Below, in pieces: positions 25,699-39,460 of a DNA stretch of 64,000 bases. Position 1 is the stretch's first letter. Every line of letters starts with the position of its first letter. Location: contig JAGIQG010000011.1 of NCBI GenBank assembly GCA_024679065.1, positions 54,374,001 to 54,438,000 on the forward strand. Reading direction: 5' to 3'. A model generated the notes under the pieces. It was not told the origin of the DNA, searched no databases, and worked only from the letters and a program-made list of their open reading frames with translations. Source of the DNA: Sphyrna mokarran. Its lineage: Eukaryota. The position numbers and the translations under genes are program-made.

Positions 25699-27689
25699 CT
25701 ATTTTTGACTGCTGTACACATTTATACCGTCCATAATCCATTCCTGACTGCTAGTGTTTTTGCTCTTCCCCTCTCTTGACTAATTTCTGCTTTTGGTGGG
25801 CACCTCTGATACCTGGTTGATATTGAATGATGGAAAATGAGTTATCTATCTCCTGTGCTGTTTGTTTACAGAATGAATTGCATTCTCCACATATCATCAA
25901 TTGACTATTAATTATGGAGTTTTTAACTTATGTTCTTGGATCAAAATAAACCATTAATGTGGAGGTTCTGGAGTTTTAGAGAATGTGGAAATAAGAAACC
26001 ATATATAGCATTCTCCATCTCTTGGTGGCATGGCATCACCTTTTTTGTGCACTAAAATAAAATAGTTTGTCTGGAACCATTCAGGCTCAGCTTGCAATTA
26101 ATCACCACTGAAAACATTACGTGGTTTGTAATCATGAGCAATGCTATAACATGAGGTTACATCCCCTTTTTAATCATGAGCTGAATTTGTACATTAGCTC
26201 CAGTTAATGTAAGTGGGAATTATCTTTTTAAGGAACAGCAACCATTTCCCTGTCAGAGTTCAAGAAAATAGAATTGAGAAGCCTCCTCATTTAATTCACT
26301 TCCTCATTTTTAATTTGTTTCTGGACTCATTCTGACCATTTTCCTTTCTAAGAATCTGTGTTCCCTCTATGCAGAATTGGGCATCAAATTAATTTCTTTG
26401 TGATATTTTAAACTGGGTCACCATGTGCAGCACCAGATAAATTGAAATTTTAGGCATGAAAATATTATGCTTCAAATTAACTTTATCTTTACTCTTTCTT
26501 CATTCACACGAAACACTTCTCTGCATCCACAGGTATTGAGTTGTTTCAGTATTTTAATAACTAAGAACGTATACTTCACTCTTTTCAGTTGAGTACAAAT
26601 TCATATTCCTTGGCCTCTGTTTGTAACAGATAATCCAGAATTTAGAATTATCTTTATTCTTGAAAATTTCTCCACTGCATTTCTATTGTTTTCTATTTAT
26701 GCTGACTACAATAGGGGTGTTGTGTACAGTGTAACTCACACTTCTTGGACTTGTCACTCATGCATCAGTTTGCATACTGCAGCAGTTGATGTGGTTTTGC
26801 AGCTCTGATCTATGATTGTTTTTAAGATTTGATCCATTATTTAACATATATCAAGATTTTATTCATCTATTAGATGCAATTCAGTTTGTTATTTTATTTC
26901 TATTACTTTCTGCTTCTCATTATTAAATACGTTTGTCCTTGGATCATTGCCATTTTCTTCCTATTGGCAAGATACAAAGTGATTTTGGAAGAAGGTTTCA
27001 CATTAACAGTGTATTTTATGTCTGATCACCTCAGGCATGTGAAAAATCAAAAAGTGGTGTAAAATATGGAGGAACATTAACTAATAAAATGGAATCAATG
27101 TGTAATTTATTGATCTTTCGCATCATGTTTGATCTTGACCATCTTACCCATTTAGCTATTCATTATGTTTGTCCAACACCAAGGCCTCCCAATCATCCCT
27201 CCAAGTCATGTGGCGATGTTCTTCAGAGTCATCAATCTGACTCTGTTCTTTCTGAGGCAGCTAAGCACTCTTTCATCTCAATCTTTATCATCATTTACCA
27301 TGCACTAACCCATCCTAAATTAGACTTCTTTACTTCCCATGGTCATAATGTGGAAAACCACATTCTGGCACCAATTCCAGTGATACATTGTTCAAGCATT
27401 TGGTCTAATTTTATAAAAATAGTTGAAGTACAACAGGGGCTTATTATGCCTTGTTTCACTCGAGGTTGGATTTCCCAAAGGAAATCCATCCAACAGTGAA
27501 TTGACAAAATCTCTATTCCTTAAAATTGTACATATAAATAACAATTATAGTATAAGCACAACACTCTCATTAATAGAAAAGCCTATTTGGAAAACTTTTC
27601 CAGGTAGGCAAAGATTTGGAGAGTTGGGGAAGGCTTTACAAACTTAATTCTCCTCGTTTTTATCCACTATTCTGTGACCCTAACTTAAA

Positions 27690-28135
27690 AGTATACGTGT
27701 CTGTTACCTCACACCTTAGTAAGAAATCTGACAACACCAGGTTTAGCCCAAGCAGTTTACTTGATAGTAAACTCACAAGCTTTCAGGGTTTGCCCTTCAT
27801 CAGGTGAATGGAGGGTTCTGGCCTCAGACAGAGTATATAACAGCACAGACAGTTTACAGGTTACTGATTAGAATGCACATCTTTATATCTAACCTGCTAT
27901 TCAAGTCTTAAAGGTGCTGACAATGTGAGTGGAAAGAGCATTATGCGTAAGTTAAAGAGATGTGTATTGTTTCCAGATAGTACAGTAAGTGAGGTTTTGC
28001 AAACCCAGGCAAGTCATGGGGGTTACAGATAGTGTGACATGAACCCAAGATTCCAGTTGACACTGTCCTCGTGTGTGTGGAACTTGGCTATCAATTTCTG
28101 CTCAGCGACTGTGCACTGTCGTGTGTCATGAAGGC
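27690..28135 (-). mobile_element. Penelope-like element 3' fragment (GIY-YIG C-terminus plus terminal repeat)
   Basis: Minus-strand translation DTRQCTVAEQKLIAKFHTHEDSVNWNLGFMSHY resembles PLE endonuclease ends. The terminal segment reads acaacaccaggttt...cttcatcaggtga. Confidence 0.7.
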
Positions 28136-29059
28136 TCGCAACATATTAAAAACAGGCCTCAAAAACCATGGCCACTATTCCAAGACCTAACAACCCTTCT
28201 TCCCATTGTTTCCATAGATCTGGCCTAGCTTCCAATTAGAGTTGACCCATACCTACTCCCTCTCCTTAATACTTCTAATGTCTTCCTGCAAACACCTTCT
28301 CTACTGTCTGTCTAAATCCTCAACTTCAAAAAAAATCAGATAGAAATAAGTAAAAATTGCCGAAGTAATCACAGCCTATAACTTATCGTTTTTATGAAAG
28401 CATGGGCGTAATCATCATTTCCCTGCAACTCCTATTGAAATGTAGCTTTCTGCAGTGTCTGCAGATAGCGCACTACTCCAACTACCAAAACTCTGGAGAA
28501 AATGAATTAAATGGAGTGAAAACAAACAAGAGACCAAACATTCCAACTTCCCAGAGTTTCAAACATCTTTTCATTTGACTTTTCTAAACATTTCCTATGT
28601 ATGTGTTTCAAATATTGTTTTCAAATTTCAGTGCCACACTTGTAGAAAATAAATTATTTGGCATCTGGTTATCTCAACCCTCTGACCAACCAAAACGAAA
28701 GAAACAATTACTATTGACAACAAGGTTTGATCTTTATTTCCCTGTTTCCCAGTGTTAGCTGGGCACTATTGGGAAGAAAGTAGCAGCTAAAAAAGAGCTG
28801 CCAACTTATTACCGAAGGTCTTTGCAATCTTCGGATGGACTTCATTGCTGGCAGCTAACACTCCCATCTGAAACCAGTGTGTGCCTTGTTATTGTATCTT
28901 CATTTTGGCCAGAAGAACAAGGAGCGACATTCAACAGGATTTTCTGATAGTTGGGGTTTCTGTCCCGCTGAGGGCGACTGCCATGCAGCAGGTTCCCTGG
29001 CAGCAGGGTGGGCAAAACACACAGAAAAAAACCACAGACGTCAGCTGGAGTGGAGGAGG

Positions 29060-29780
29060 AAAATCCCAGCTGATATAAAATACAAGTTATAAGAAGAGGC
29101 ATCTGTGGGATTATGTGCATACATCATTAAAATTGGCAGGACAGGGTCTGACAGCAGTTAATAAGGCACACTGTATTCTGGGCTTACACAGGACACAGAA
29201 TACAAGAACAAGGAGGTTATGTTGAATTTGTATCAGTCATTAATTTGGCTCAGCAAGAATACTGCATCCAGTTCTGGAACCATACTTTACGAAAGATGTG
29301 AAGGCTTTTGAGAGGGTGCAGAAAAGATTCACAAGAATGGTTCTCAGATTGAGGAACTTCAGTTATGAAGATAGATTGGAGAAATTAGGACATGTTTCTT
29401 TGGCAAAAAGAAAGTTGATAGGAGATTTGATAGATACATTCAAAATCATGATGGGCCTGGACAGAGTAGAGGACAAACTGTTCCAACTTAGGAAAAAATC
29501 AAGTATAAGCCGGAACACAATGAAAATAATTAATAAAAGAAGTTTTTTTTTAATCCAGCAAGTGATTAGGCTTGGAATGTGCTATCTGAGAGTGTGATGG
29601 AGGTAGGTGCAATTGAAGCATTCATCCAGGAATTAGACTGTTAGCTGATAAGAAAGAATATGCAGGGTTATAGTGAGAAGGTGGAGGAAAGGCACAAGAT
29701 GAGTTGTTCATTTGGAGAGCCAGTGCAGACATGATGGGCCAAATGACGACTTCTGTTCCATAACAATTTGTGATTCTGTG
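29060..29780 (+). mobile_element. CR1/HER1 LINE 3' fragment
   Basis: ORF 29298-29597 KAFERVQKRFTRMV..SYEDRLEKLG..GDLIDTFKIM, and tail gcagacatgatgggccaaatg. Confidence 0.9.
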
Positions 29781-29889
29781 AAAATAAAGAGTTGACTCGA
29801 CTGTTAGGACTTCACGACTACTCACTACATTTTAGCAGAAGATTATCTGATTTTTCATTGCATCATCTTTACAAAACAGTTCATTCGTC

Positions 29890-31460
29890 AAGAAAATCAA
29901 CAAGGAAATAGTACTTGGAAAAGTAATAGAGCTAAAAGCTGCCACGTCCCCTGGACCTGAAGACTTGCATCCAAAAGTCTTCAAAGAAGTGGCTGCAGAA
30001 ATAAACTAATGGATTTAGGAAGATCACAATAAATGCCCTAGATTTTGAAAGGTCCGAGCATTTGATAATATATTTGATGTATAATATCAAAGGCTACTAT
30101 ACAAAATAAAAGTGCATAGTGTAGGGGGAAACATATCAGCATGGATAGATGATTGGTTAACTCATAGAAAGCAGTCTTTTTCTAGTTGGAGGATATGATC
30201 ATTGGAATACACAGGGATTAATGTTGGGGCTTCAACTAATTACATCAATGATATGGATGAAGGGACTGAATGTATTTGCCGATGAACAAAGATAGTTAGC
30301 AACATAAGTTGGCAAGAGCACATAAGCACCTACAGAGGATATATAAATGACATGGTGGTCCAGTGGTTAGCACTGCTGCCTCACAGAGCCAGGGACCCAG
30401 GTTTGATCCCCGACTTGGATCACTGTCTGTGTGGAGTCTGCATATTCTCCCCATGTCTGTGTGGGTTTCCTCCCACAGTCTGAAAGATTTGCTGGTTAGG
30501 TGCATTGGCCGTGCTGAATTTCCCTCAGTGTACCCGATCAGATGCTGGGTTGTGGCGACTAGAGGATTTTCATAGTAACTTCATTGCAGTGTTACTTTAA
30601 GCTTACTTGTGACACTAATAAATAAACTTTAAACTTTAAATAGGTTGAGTAAGTGGGCAAAAATTTGGCAAATGGAATATAAAGTGGGGAAATATGAGGT
30701 GGTCCACTTCAGCAGGAAAAATAGAAAAGCATAGAAAATACGAATGGAAAGTACTCTGCAGTATGGAAGGATCTAGATGTCCTGGTTTATGAATTAATAA
30801 AAGTTAGTATGTAGATGCATCAAGTTATTGGGAAATGAAATGGAATGTTGTATATTGCAAGAGTAATGGAATATGAAAAATAGGGATATGTTACTGTAGT
30901 TGTACAGAACATTGATGAGACCACATCTGGAATATTGTTTGCAGTTTTGGTGTCCTTACGAAAGAAAGGATAAAATTGCATTCAAAGCAGTTCAGAGAAG
31001 ATTCACTCAACCCCTTCAAATTAAGAATTATCTTATGAGGAAAAGTTGAACTGGTTGGGCCTATACCCACTGAAAGAATGAGAGGTGATCTTATTGAAGC
31101 ATACAAGATTCTAAGGGAACTTGACAAGTTAAACATTGTTTCCATTTATAGGTAACACTAGAACCAGGGAAAGTGATTTAAAGATGAGATGTTTCCTGTT
31201 TTGGTTGGAAATTAGATTTCTTTTCTCAGTGGATTATGATCCTGTGGAATTTGCCTCCATGAGGATTAGTGAAGACTGGCTCATTGAATTTCTTCAAAGC
31301 TGGATTGCATAGATTCATGATTGACAAAGAAGTCAAGTGTTATGGCCCAACCATTAACGTGAAGCTAAAGCTACATCCAGTTCAGCTATGATCTTGTCAA
31401 ATGGCAGAGCAGACCCGAGTGGCTGGATGTCGACTGCTGCTCATAACTTGTTTGTATGTA
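29890..31460 (+). mobile_element. CR1 LINE RT fragment interrupted by an HE1-like SINE
   Basis: SPGPEDLHPKVFKEVA, YINDMDEG, RLSKWAKIWQMEY, RPHLEYCLQFWCP, RMRGDLIEAYKILR. Confidence 0.9.
30349..30636 (+). mobile_element. HE1-like SINE (tail type B) with taaat target-site duplication
   Basis: cagtggttagcactgctgcctcacagagccagggacccaggtttgatccc...gtgacactaataaataaactttaaactt. taaat occurs at 30344-30348 and 30637-30641. Confidence 0.9.
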
Positions 31461-32879
31461 TCTATGAATATTTGTATCAGGCAACTTATGAAAGACCATG
31501 GAAGATGCTATTTTAATTAAATTAGTGCTTAATCAATATCATAAGAAACCAATTAAATTTGAATTCACTGCACAATACACTCTCTGAGCCTGACACCAAT
31601 TACATTTTGTGCTCTGAAAACAACAGCTTTATTTTAGTCTTTGAATCCTACGTTCTGCACTGCATTATACAATGCTCCTCTATTTATCCCTGTTTATCTA
31701 GCTTCTCAATTGAAATATCTCTTTGGATGTACAGACTGATCTCTCATGAAGTTGCACATGGTGAGTGGATGTACAGGTGTGTTATGATGTGAAATGTGTA
31801 ATGTATTACTAAAGCCTTTCAATAACAATGACTGATTAAGTATTGGACGAGGCAAAATATTTTAGAACCAAGATAGAAAGAAAGCATTTGGCAGTATCAA
31901 GTAGAGTAATTATGGTCTGGAGCATTTGGGGCACTTTTGCAATTTGGAAGAACTGGTATGGAGATACTGAGATTTGGCAATGTGGAGATGATCATCTTAA
32001 GCTTTGGAGAATTGAAATCCTGGGGTTTAGTGGTATGCGAGAGGGATCTTGATCCTGGTAACATTTCGGAGAGAATTGGATAGAATGAAAGTACTAAGAT
32101 AATGTGCTTTATTACAGGTGGTCTTGAGTTTGTAAGTGGTTTCCTGTTGGAATTTAACAGAATTCAATATGCAGTGCTAGGCTTTTGCAGAACTTGAATC
32201 CTAATGTGATCAAAGGCAAAATGTGTGATATTATGATAGATGGAAGAGAAATTTTAGTTCGACCAGAGGTAGACAAAAGTATTGAGGAATTGAGGTCAAA
32301 ATTGTAGAGGCCCAAATAATTATATTTCGGGTGTGTCCTCTGAAGAACTGGCAAATGACCACAGTAGTCTTTTGCTTCAGAAAAGAGAACTGAGACTGTG
32401 CCAAAAATTAGTTTGTTTAATAAATGTGGTAGGAAATATTTTGAAGTCTTCTGTTTAGGGTGAAATTGTAAAAGAAAATTTAGTTATAAGCATTAATTTC
32501 AAAAAGGACCAATGTCACAATTCTCAAGGATGTGATAGGCATGCGAGATGGGAGAAGTACAATGAATGCAGAATAGTCATTGACAAGGTAACTTAAAGGT
32601 GATATTGAAAAAATGATTTTGAAATTTACAGATGAAACCAAAATAAAAGTTTCAGTTCATTCTTTAGAGGACCAAAGTAAACTACAAAGGAATATTATAA
32701 AGAGGAGAGAAATTCTTTAAAAGGTGGCAGATGGAATTCATTGTCGTTAAGAGTGAAAGGATGCTTTTTCGTTTTAAAAGAGAGCAGGAATTGTACTGTG
32801 GTAGTAAGCCTGACCCTTTTGCAATGCAGAGTATTTTGAGGGAACTGGTTCAAAGAACATTAAATGCAGCACTATAACA

Positions 32880-33035
32880 AAAAAAAATGCTGCAAATACT
32901 CAGATCAATGGGCTTTCATCAGAGCTGTAACCCTGTTTCTCTCTCCACAGATGCTACCTGACCAGCCAAGTATTTCCAGCATTATTTGTTTTATTTCAGA
33001 TTTCCAGCATCTACAGTATTTTGCTTTTGTATTAA
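32880..33035. repeat. Penelope-derived partly palindromic repeat (family also at about 7135, 10610, 47935-48260, 49975-50185)
   Basis: tttctctctccacagatgct.cctgacc...tatttccagcatt.tttgttttatttcagatttccagcatct is the reverse complement of the 7135-7230 motif. Confidence 0.6.
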
Positions 33036-34297
33036 ACACAGCAGCTTGAATGTCAATTCAAGCTGTTTCTCAAGAAGTCGTGATTCTTGTTTTCACAGAT
33101 GGTGTTGGTGGATTTGTTCAGGATCTAATGTGCACTATTCACCATCTTGAATAATGAGTAATCAGTGGAATAGAATGCTAGTTGCCATCTAGCACAGTAT
33201 TATAGCTCTGGAAGACAAGGTACCAGTGATATCTCTCCTATTTGTCCATTTATAACAATATCTGTACATTCTGCTGTCTGCAGTGAAGAGTTTGAGTGTT
33301 TCTCCTACAGAAGGGATGAAGAAAACTTGTCACATTAATTTCCCTTCAAAGTTTCAGTGCAGGTTGACCTTAGATATAAAAGGCTATAAACAGTTCTCTT
33401 CATAGTTGAAAGTTATTGAGCGTGCAAAGGATGGATTTTCTTTAGCCTGTTAAGATCTAAAGGGAAAAAGCAAATGGTGGGTGGATGAATAGTAGGAGGG
33501 ATTTGGGGGAGGGGGAGTAGAAGAAGATGGAAGGGAGGGATAAGCATCAAAAACTTTAACCTGCTGTTTAGTTGCTTGCAAAATCAGTTGTGTGGTGAAT
33601 ATGCTTATTTGCCAAAGGCTCTTCAATAAGGAGCCATACTAAGCTGTTATTTATGAGTAAAACCGGTAATGGTCATTGAACTTGAGCATCGAGGCAATTG
33701 TCCTGCACAGTTCTATCTATGACTGTGAAAACAGGAATTAATCAAGTAGCTGATGACAGAACTCTTCATGCTGGGTATAACAACAGTAAAGGCTGATTCT
33801 CTAAACACACATACAATTATCAACAGTCAGTGCCTACCTTGACTTGAGCTGTACAGAAGTGAGTAGTTTCTGCAACTTTGTACCTCCAACCTACAGAACT
33901 TAATGGGTTAATGTCTGTGTTCAAACATCGTCGGTGGAATGATGCCAGTGCACTTGCACATCTAGTGAGGACATAAATTCTAACTGTTTAGTTTTCTTAT
34001 TACCAACTAGTATCTATAGCCAGCATGTATCTGTTATCCTTAGTGGTGCACGAAATATGTTGGGTCACTTTGAGATCAGATTAACTGCAAGATAACACAC
34101 ACTTGAGGATCTGTGAATGGTAGATTGGAACTGAATGCATCCCTCATGGAAGGTGTTTTAAAATTTACAGATGGGATGAGAATATCTGTATCATCAAAGG
34201 ATCATATGTCCAAGTATTCCACCAAGGAGTCTGTATAAAGTGGCACTGTGATATGCCCAACTATCTTCAGCTGCTTCATCAGTTATCTGTCCTCCAA

Positions 34298-35297
34298 AGA
34301 ACAGTACAGCACGGGGACAGGCCCTTCAGCCCACCAAGCCTGCACTGATCACATTGACCAATCTAGACTAATTGCATGTATCGTTCTATTCCTTGCCTGT
34401 TCATGCGTCCATCCAGATAAGTCTTAAATGTCACGAATGTGTCTGCCTCAACTACCCCACTTGGCAGTGCATTTCCAGGCCCTCGCCATCCTCTGTCTAA
34501 AAAAACTTGCCCTACACATCTCTACTGAACATTTCCTCCCTTACCTTGAACTTGTGCCCCCTTGTAATTGTCACTTCTGCCCTGGGGAAAAGTTTCCAAC
34601 TGTTCACCTTATTTATGCCCCTCATAATTTTATAAATATTATCAGGTTGCTCCTCAGACTGAATCTTTCCAGGGAGAACAATCCCAGTTTATTCAATCTC
34701 TCCTCATAGCTAATATCCTCCATACCAGGCAGCATCCTGATCAATCTTTTCTGTATTCCCTTCAAAGCCTCCATGATCTTCTGGCAATGCAGCAACCAGA
34801 ATTGGATACAGTATTCCAAATGTATCCAACATTGTATATAACTGTAACATAATTTGTCAGCTTTTATACTCAATGTCCTGGCCGGTGAAGGTATGCCATA
34901 TGCTTTCTTCACTATCTTTCCCGCCTGTGCTGCCACTTTTAAGGATCTGTACTGCTAGATCTCCCTGTGCATCTATGCTCCTGATGGTTCTGCCATTTAT
35001 TTTATAGCTCCCACCTGAATTGGATCTGGCCAAATGCATCATCTTGCATTTGTCCGGATTAAATTCCATCTGCCAATTCTCCATCCAATTTTCCAGCCTT
35101 TTTCTATCCTGTTGTATTCTCTGACAATTTTCATCACTATCCACAACTCTAGCAATGTTAGTATCATCCACAGACTTGCTAATTAGACCAGTTACATTTT
35201 CAAACAACGTTATATTACAAACAACAGAGATCCAGCACAGATCCCTGTGAGTCACTTCAGTTACAGACCTCCATTCAGAAAAACACTCTTCCGTCAT
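34298..35297 (-). mobile_element. CR1/HER1 LINE 3' ~1 kb
   Basis: Minus-strand ORFs LISKSVDDTNI..WQMEFNPDKCKMMHL and HLEYCIQFW..IQKRLIRMLPGMEDISYEERLNKLGLFSLE. It sits inside an older + strand LINE (about 34200-34297 and 35390-35910). Confidence 0.9.
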
Positions 35298-38200
35298 AAG
35301 GTCAGAAGTGTTTTTTTCTTTGCAGATGATTGTAATGTCCTGTTTGGAATTCTTCAGATGATGAGGCAGTCAATGCCCACATGTAGCAGTGCTAAACAAC
35401 AGGCTTGGACTAATAAGTAGCAAGAATCGGTTAAGTCACAAGTGTGAGACAATGAGCATCTCTAATATGAGATCATCACTCCACCACTATCATGACGAAT
35501 GGCAATACTATTGCAGAGAATCACAAATATCAACATTCTCGGGTGGCCGTCAACCAGAAACTCAACAGGACCAGCTACATAAGTTCTATGGCTTCTAGAG
35601 AAAATCAGAGGCTGATATAATATATTCTGCAGCGAGTGGCTCATCTCCTGACTGTCAAGGCCTCTTGCCGAGACATATGTCAAGAGTATGATGGACTGCA
35701 TGTCAGTTGCTTGGGTGGGTTTAGCTCCAACAGCATTTGAGAATCTCAGTACCATCCAGGACAAAGCAATCCACTTGATTGCACCACATTCACCACCTAA
35801 AATCTCTACTTTCTTCATTGTGTCTGCTTTGAGCACTGTTCACAGGACGTACTGATTAGTTTGCCAAGGCTTCTTCAACAGCACCTCCCAAACTTGTGAC
35901 CTTTACCACTTGAGAAACAGAATTTGTGGCATGGAGCCAAAAATAATGGTTTCAAGCCTCATGATATTTAATTGGAAACAGTAGTGCTCTGCCAATGCTG
36001 GATTTTTTTTGTGTTGCTCAGCAGGAAAGGAAGGGCCACTGTTGCATCAAATGTGTTTGTTTCTATCCATCAATGTTTATACATCTATTTTAAACACATC
36101 TGGGTCTAAGTTGCATTACTTTAGTTATTGGCTGCACTGCTCCCAATCTACCATTATGCTGGCTGCATATATTTTCATTATTTTTCCAACAAGTTGTGCT
36201 GTAAATTTACAGCTGGGGGTTTGGGGAGCACAGCAGTCTAACTTAGGATGTTCAGGATGAGTATTGTCATTGGAGTGAATTCCAGGCCATATTGTTTAGT
36301 AGTAAACATGAACATAGTAACAAACACAACTTCTAAAGAAAGTGTGGCATTTTTATTGAGACAAAAATTTGTTGTCCATAGGTTTCTCAAATATTCTAGC
36401 CCAAGGTCTGTTGCTTGCTATATAGACAGTACAGTATATTAATTCTTTTGCATCATGTTTATCACCGATGCTGTTGTAAGAGATTTAGCAAAAACAAATT
36501 ACACTATTTCCTCTATTACTTAGAAGCCCTGTGGAGCTGTGAAACACACACACTCTATCACATTACTTGTTACTAATGCCTTTTTCTATTATCTCATTGG
36601 ATTGTTCTTTTACTAGTTATCTGAGTATCTATTTTCAGTAGATGGCACCCTGCTTTGTACAGTGCAAAACTGTACAGAAGCAAATGAAGCAGCTGGTATG
36701 TAATTACATGTTATGAAGAGACATGTTATTTAAAAATATAAAACAAGAATTGCTGCTAAGTTGCATAGAAAGGGCTATATACTCACTGATTATGATATGC
36801 TGTTAGTAAACTTACGTTAATATATCTGAAGTTGTTGATGATGAAGAAGTACAGTTTTCCATAACATTGCCATTTATTTAGAATTTTTTTTCAGGGCAAA
36901 AAATTACATGAAGTAGGCCTATTGAACTACCATCAAATATAGCTCCCTTCTGTGTGCCTCAGTTTGCTAACGTATCGTGTCAGTTATCTGTTCCAAAGTT
37001 CCTTCCTGTTATTTATGCGCTAAGGAGCAAAACACCTTATTCTTTTCTTGCAAAATGCTTATGCTGTTTAGACATAAAGGAGGATTATCATATTGCATGA
37101 AGTTATTCAACACAATCTGGTATTGAGCTGTCTAGGTCAAAATACAAGTCCATGCTATTTTTTTTCTGATTTAGTCATGTTATTCAAATTTTTAAACGAC
37201 TTAACATTAAAAATTAAAATATACTTAAAGATTGGCACATTGCGTTCCTCTGAATTCAATGGCCTGATCATGTTGAAAATTTTAGAAGCTTTCTCAGTTG
37301 ATCCATTTTGTATTCCATGAGTTTTTATCATTTACTAAAGAATTGAAACTCATTATTTATTTAGTTTGTGAATTATCTTCCCTTTTTTCCTGAAGACATT
37401 GCATGCTTACTGGAACACAGTTACCATGGTCTGGGAATCTGATAGTGCCTCACTAAGTGGCCATTAATTGCATATTAGTTTTAAAGCGAGTGTCAGTACG
37501 TTGTTCAGTTACAGGGGCCATAATCACTGAGCCAGTTCCATCCTTCCCTTACATCCACACATGTGCATTTCCAGCAGGAGTCACCAGATAACAGGTGGCA
37601 TGGCCAACTTTGCCCTTCTTAATGTCCCCAGACATGTTCATTGAGACATTGGATGAAAATCTAAATATAGATCTAGTTTCTGGATTTCTTTGGCACAGCA
37701 CATGCAGAAAGTCACAATAGAAAAACTGTTTGGTGTCATACTTGTGATAAGTTTATTTTTCAATCAGTTTTTGTGTATCTATTGAGTTTGATTAATTGAG
37801 ATGTTATTAGGGACATGTGTTGTGCTGCCCACTTGCACCTCTTAAATACATGTATGGAGCATGGCTTTTTGGAGTCCCACTTGGAGCAGTTTATCACTGT
37901 CAAGTAGCTCTTCTCAGTTGGCTGAAATTAAATGAAAAGCCATTGTACCCAGAATTATGTTGCAAAAATATATAGGTAAGTTTTAAAAAGCAGGCATAAC
38001 ACCAGAAATCATTATACTGCCACTGGTATAAAATGAAACAAAGCGCTGGCATTTCCTCCAGTAGCAGCCTGCACTGGCAGCTTTATACTGTTTTGGCACT
38101 GTGTGCGGAAAATGTTGGTCTAGCACCGATGCCAAAGATAAGGTACAAAGACAGCTTAAGTCAATGAACATTTAGAAGTAGTCTGCAATACAAAATCCCC

Positions 38201-39091
38201 TTATAAATTGCACCCTCCTGGGAGCAGTTACAATCTGAGTTTTATATTCTGTCAAGTACAGTATTTAGCAAATACATATGTTTCAGTAGCTTTAGATAAA
38301 TGTTCTGTCTGCACCTAAGCAGATTTAATGTGCAATTTACACCAACTGCTAGTTACATACATCAAGCAAAATGTTTATTAACAACAGGAAGTGGTGCTAT
38401 TACACTTAAAATTAGGATATTAATATGCATTGATGCTGACCCAGCTATGCAGTTAGAATTCATGCACTCTGCTGCATAGCAAGTTTAAAGAATAGTTCAG
38501 ATCAGTACACTTAGCTATCGCATGGTTACTAAATTTTGATTTTTCTGACCCAGTACACTAGTTATGTGTGATATCAAGAAAAATATACTATGCACCAATT
38601 ATTTTAATCCTTGTGTACGCTGTGGTCTTCGCATAGACTCACATCATTGTGATATGTGAAAATGCAAGTGTGTATTTGAGATGAATAAAAATTAACTAAC
38701 GAAACCTCTGGACTTTATGAAAGTGAGAACCTGCATTACTCTTGGATAATAGTGTGTTGTTCTTATTGAGTATTTTTCCAATGCAAATTAGCTGGTGAAT
38801 CACTTCAATCAATTTGACTAGCTGTCTTTTGTACATACATGTGTGCGTTTTATTGTTGTTGAGTCATTGTTTTAGAAAAAACAATTGTGTAAAATGGATA
38901 TTTTGAGCTGATTTCTTACACGGTACTGAGGTAGATAAAAAGGTTGATCAGAATATATTTTTCTAGACTGCCATACGGGCTGATTATTCTGCTAAAGCTG
39001 TTGCATTATAATCTGACTTTTATAGACATATGGTGTGTTTTCCATTTACACAGCACGTTCAGTAATGAAAAATGTCTCCTCTCTCCTGCAG

Positions 39092-39259
39092 CCTGTGTGG
39101 AATCCATACCACAATAAAGAGGGTGAATTACTGCATCAACCATCCAAAGACTCTGACCTGGACCTAAACTCCAAAATCTGTGAATTCTGTCAGACAGTCT
39201 TCCCAGCAGGCTCCACATCTCGGGAAGACTTCCTCAGGCATCTTAATTCACACTTTTGA
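39092..39259 (+). CDS. TANK: TANK terminal coding exon with the C2H2 (UBZ1-type) zinc finger and TGA stop
   Basis: Acceptor ctctctcctgcag|. PVWNPY...KICEFCQTVFPAGSTSREDFLRHLNSHF* matches human PIWKPF...RVCEFCQAVFPPSITSRGDFLRHLNSHF. Confidence 0.97.
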   Translation, partial: PVWNPYHNKEGELLHQPSKDSDLDLNSKICEFCQTVFPAGSTSREDFLRHLNSHF

Positions 39260-39454
39260 GGAGGTTGTTAAAAATGGATCTTAATGCTTGTACATTTCCA
39301 CATTGAGATGAAGAAACCTGCCTTGTGAACTTAACATGTACTCACGTTGTACAAAATAGTTCTTGTTAGTGTGGAAATGTAAATACCAAAAAGACATTTA
39401 CTAATTGAAAACCAATACTTTAATAATGTTTTTTTGAGGGAAAAATGTTTTGTT

Positions 39455-39460
39455 ATTAAA
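39455..39460 (+). terminator. Candidate proximal polyadenylation signal (ATTAAA) for TANK; alternative AATAAA at 42796-42801
   Basis: Hexamer about 200 nt after the stop, with T-rich upstream and GT-rich downstream sequence. The AT-rich context makes chance hits likely. Confidence 0.25.
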
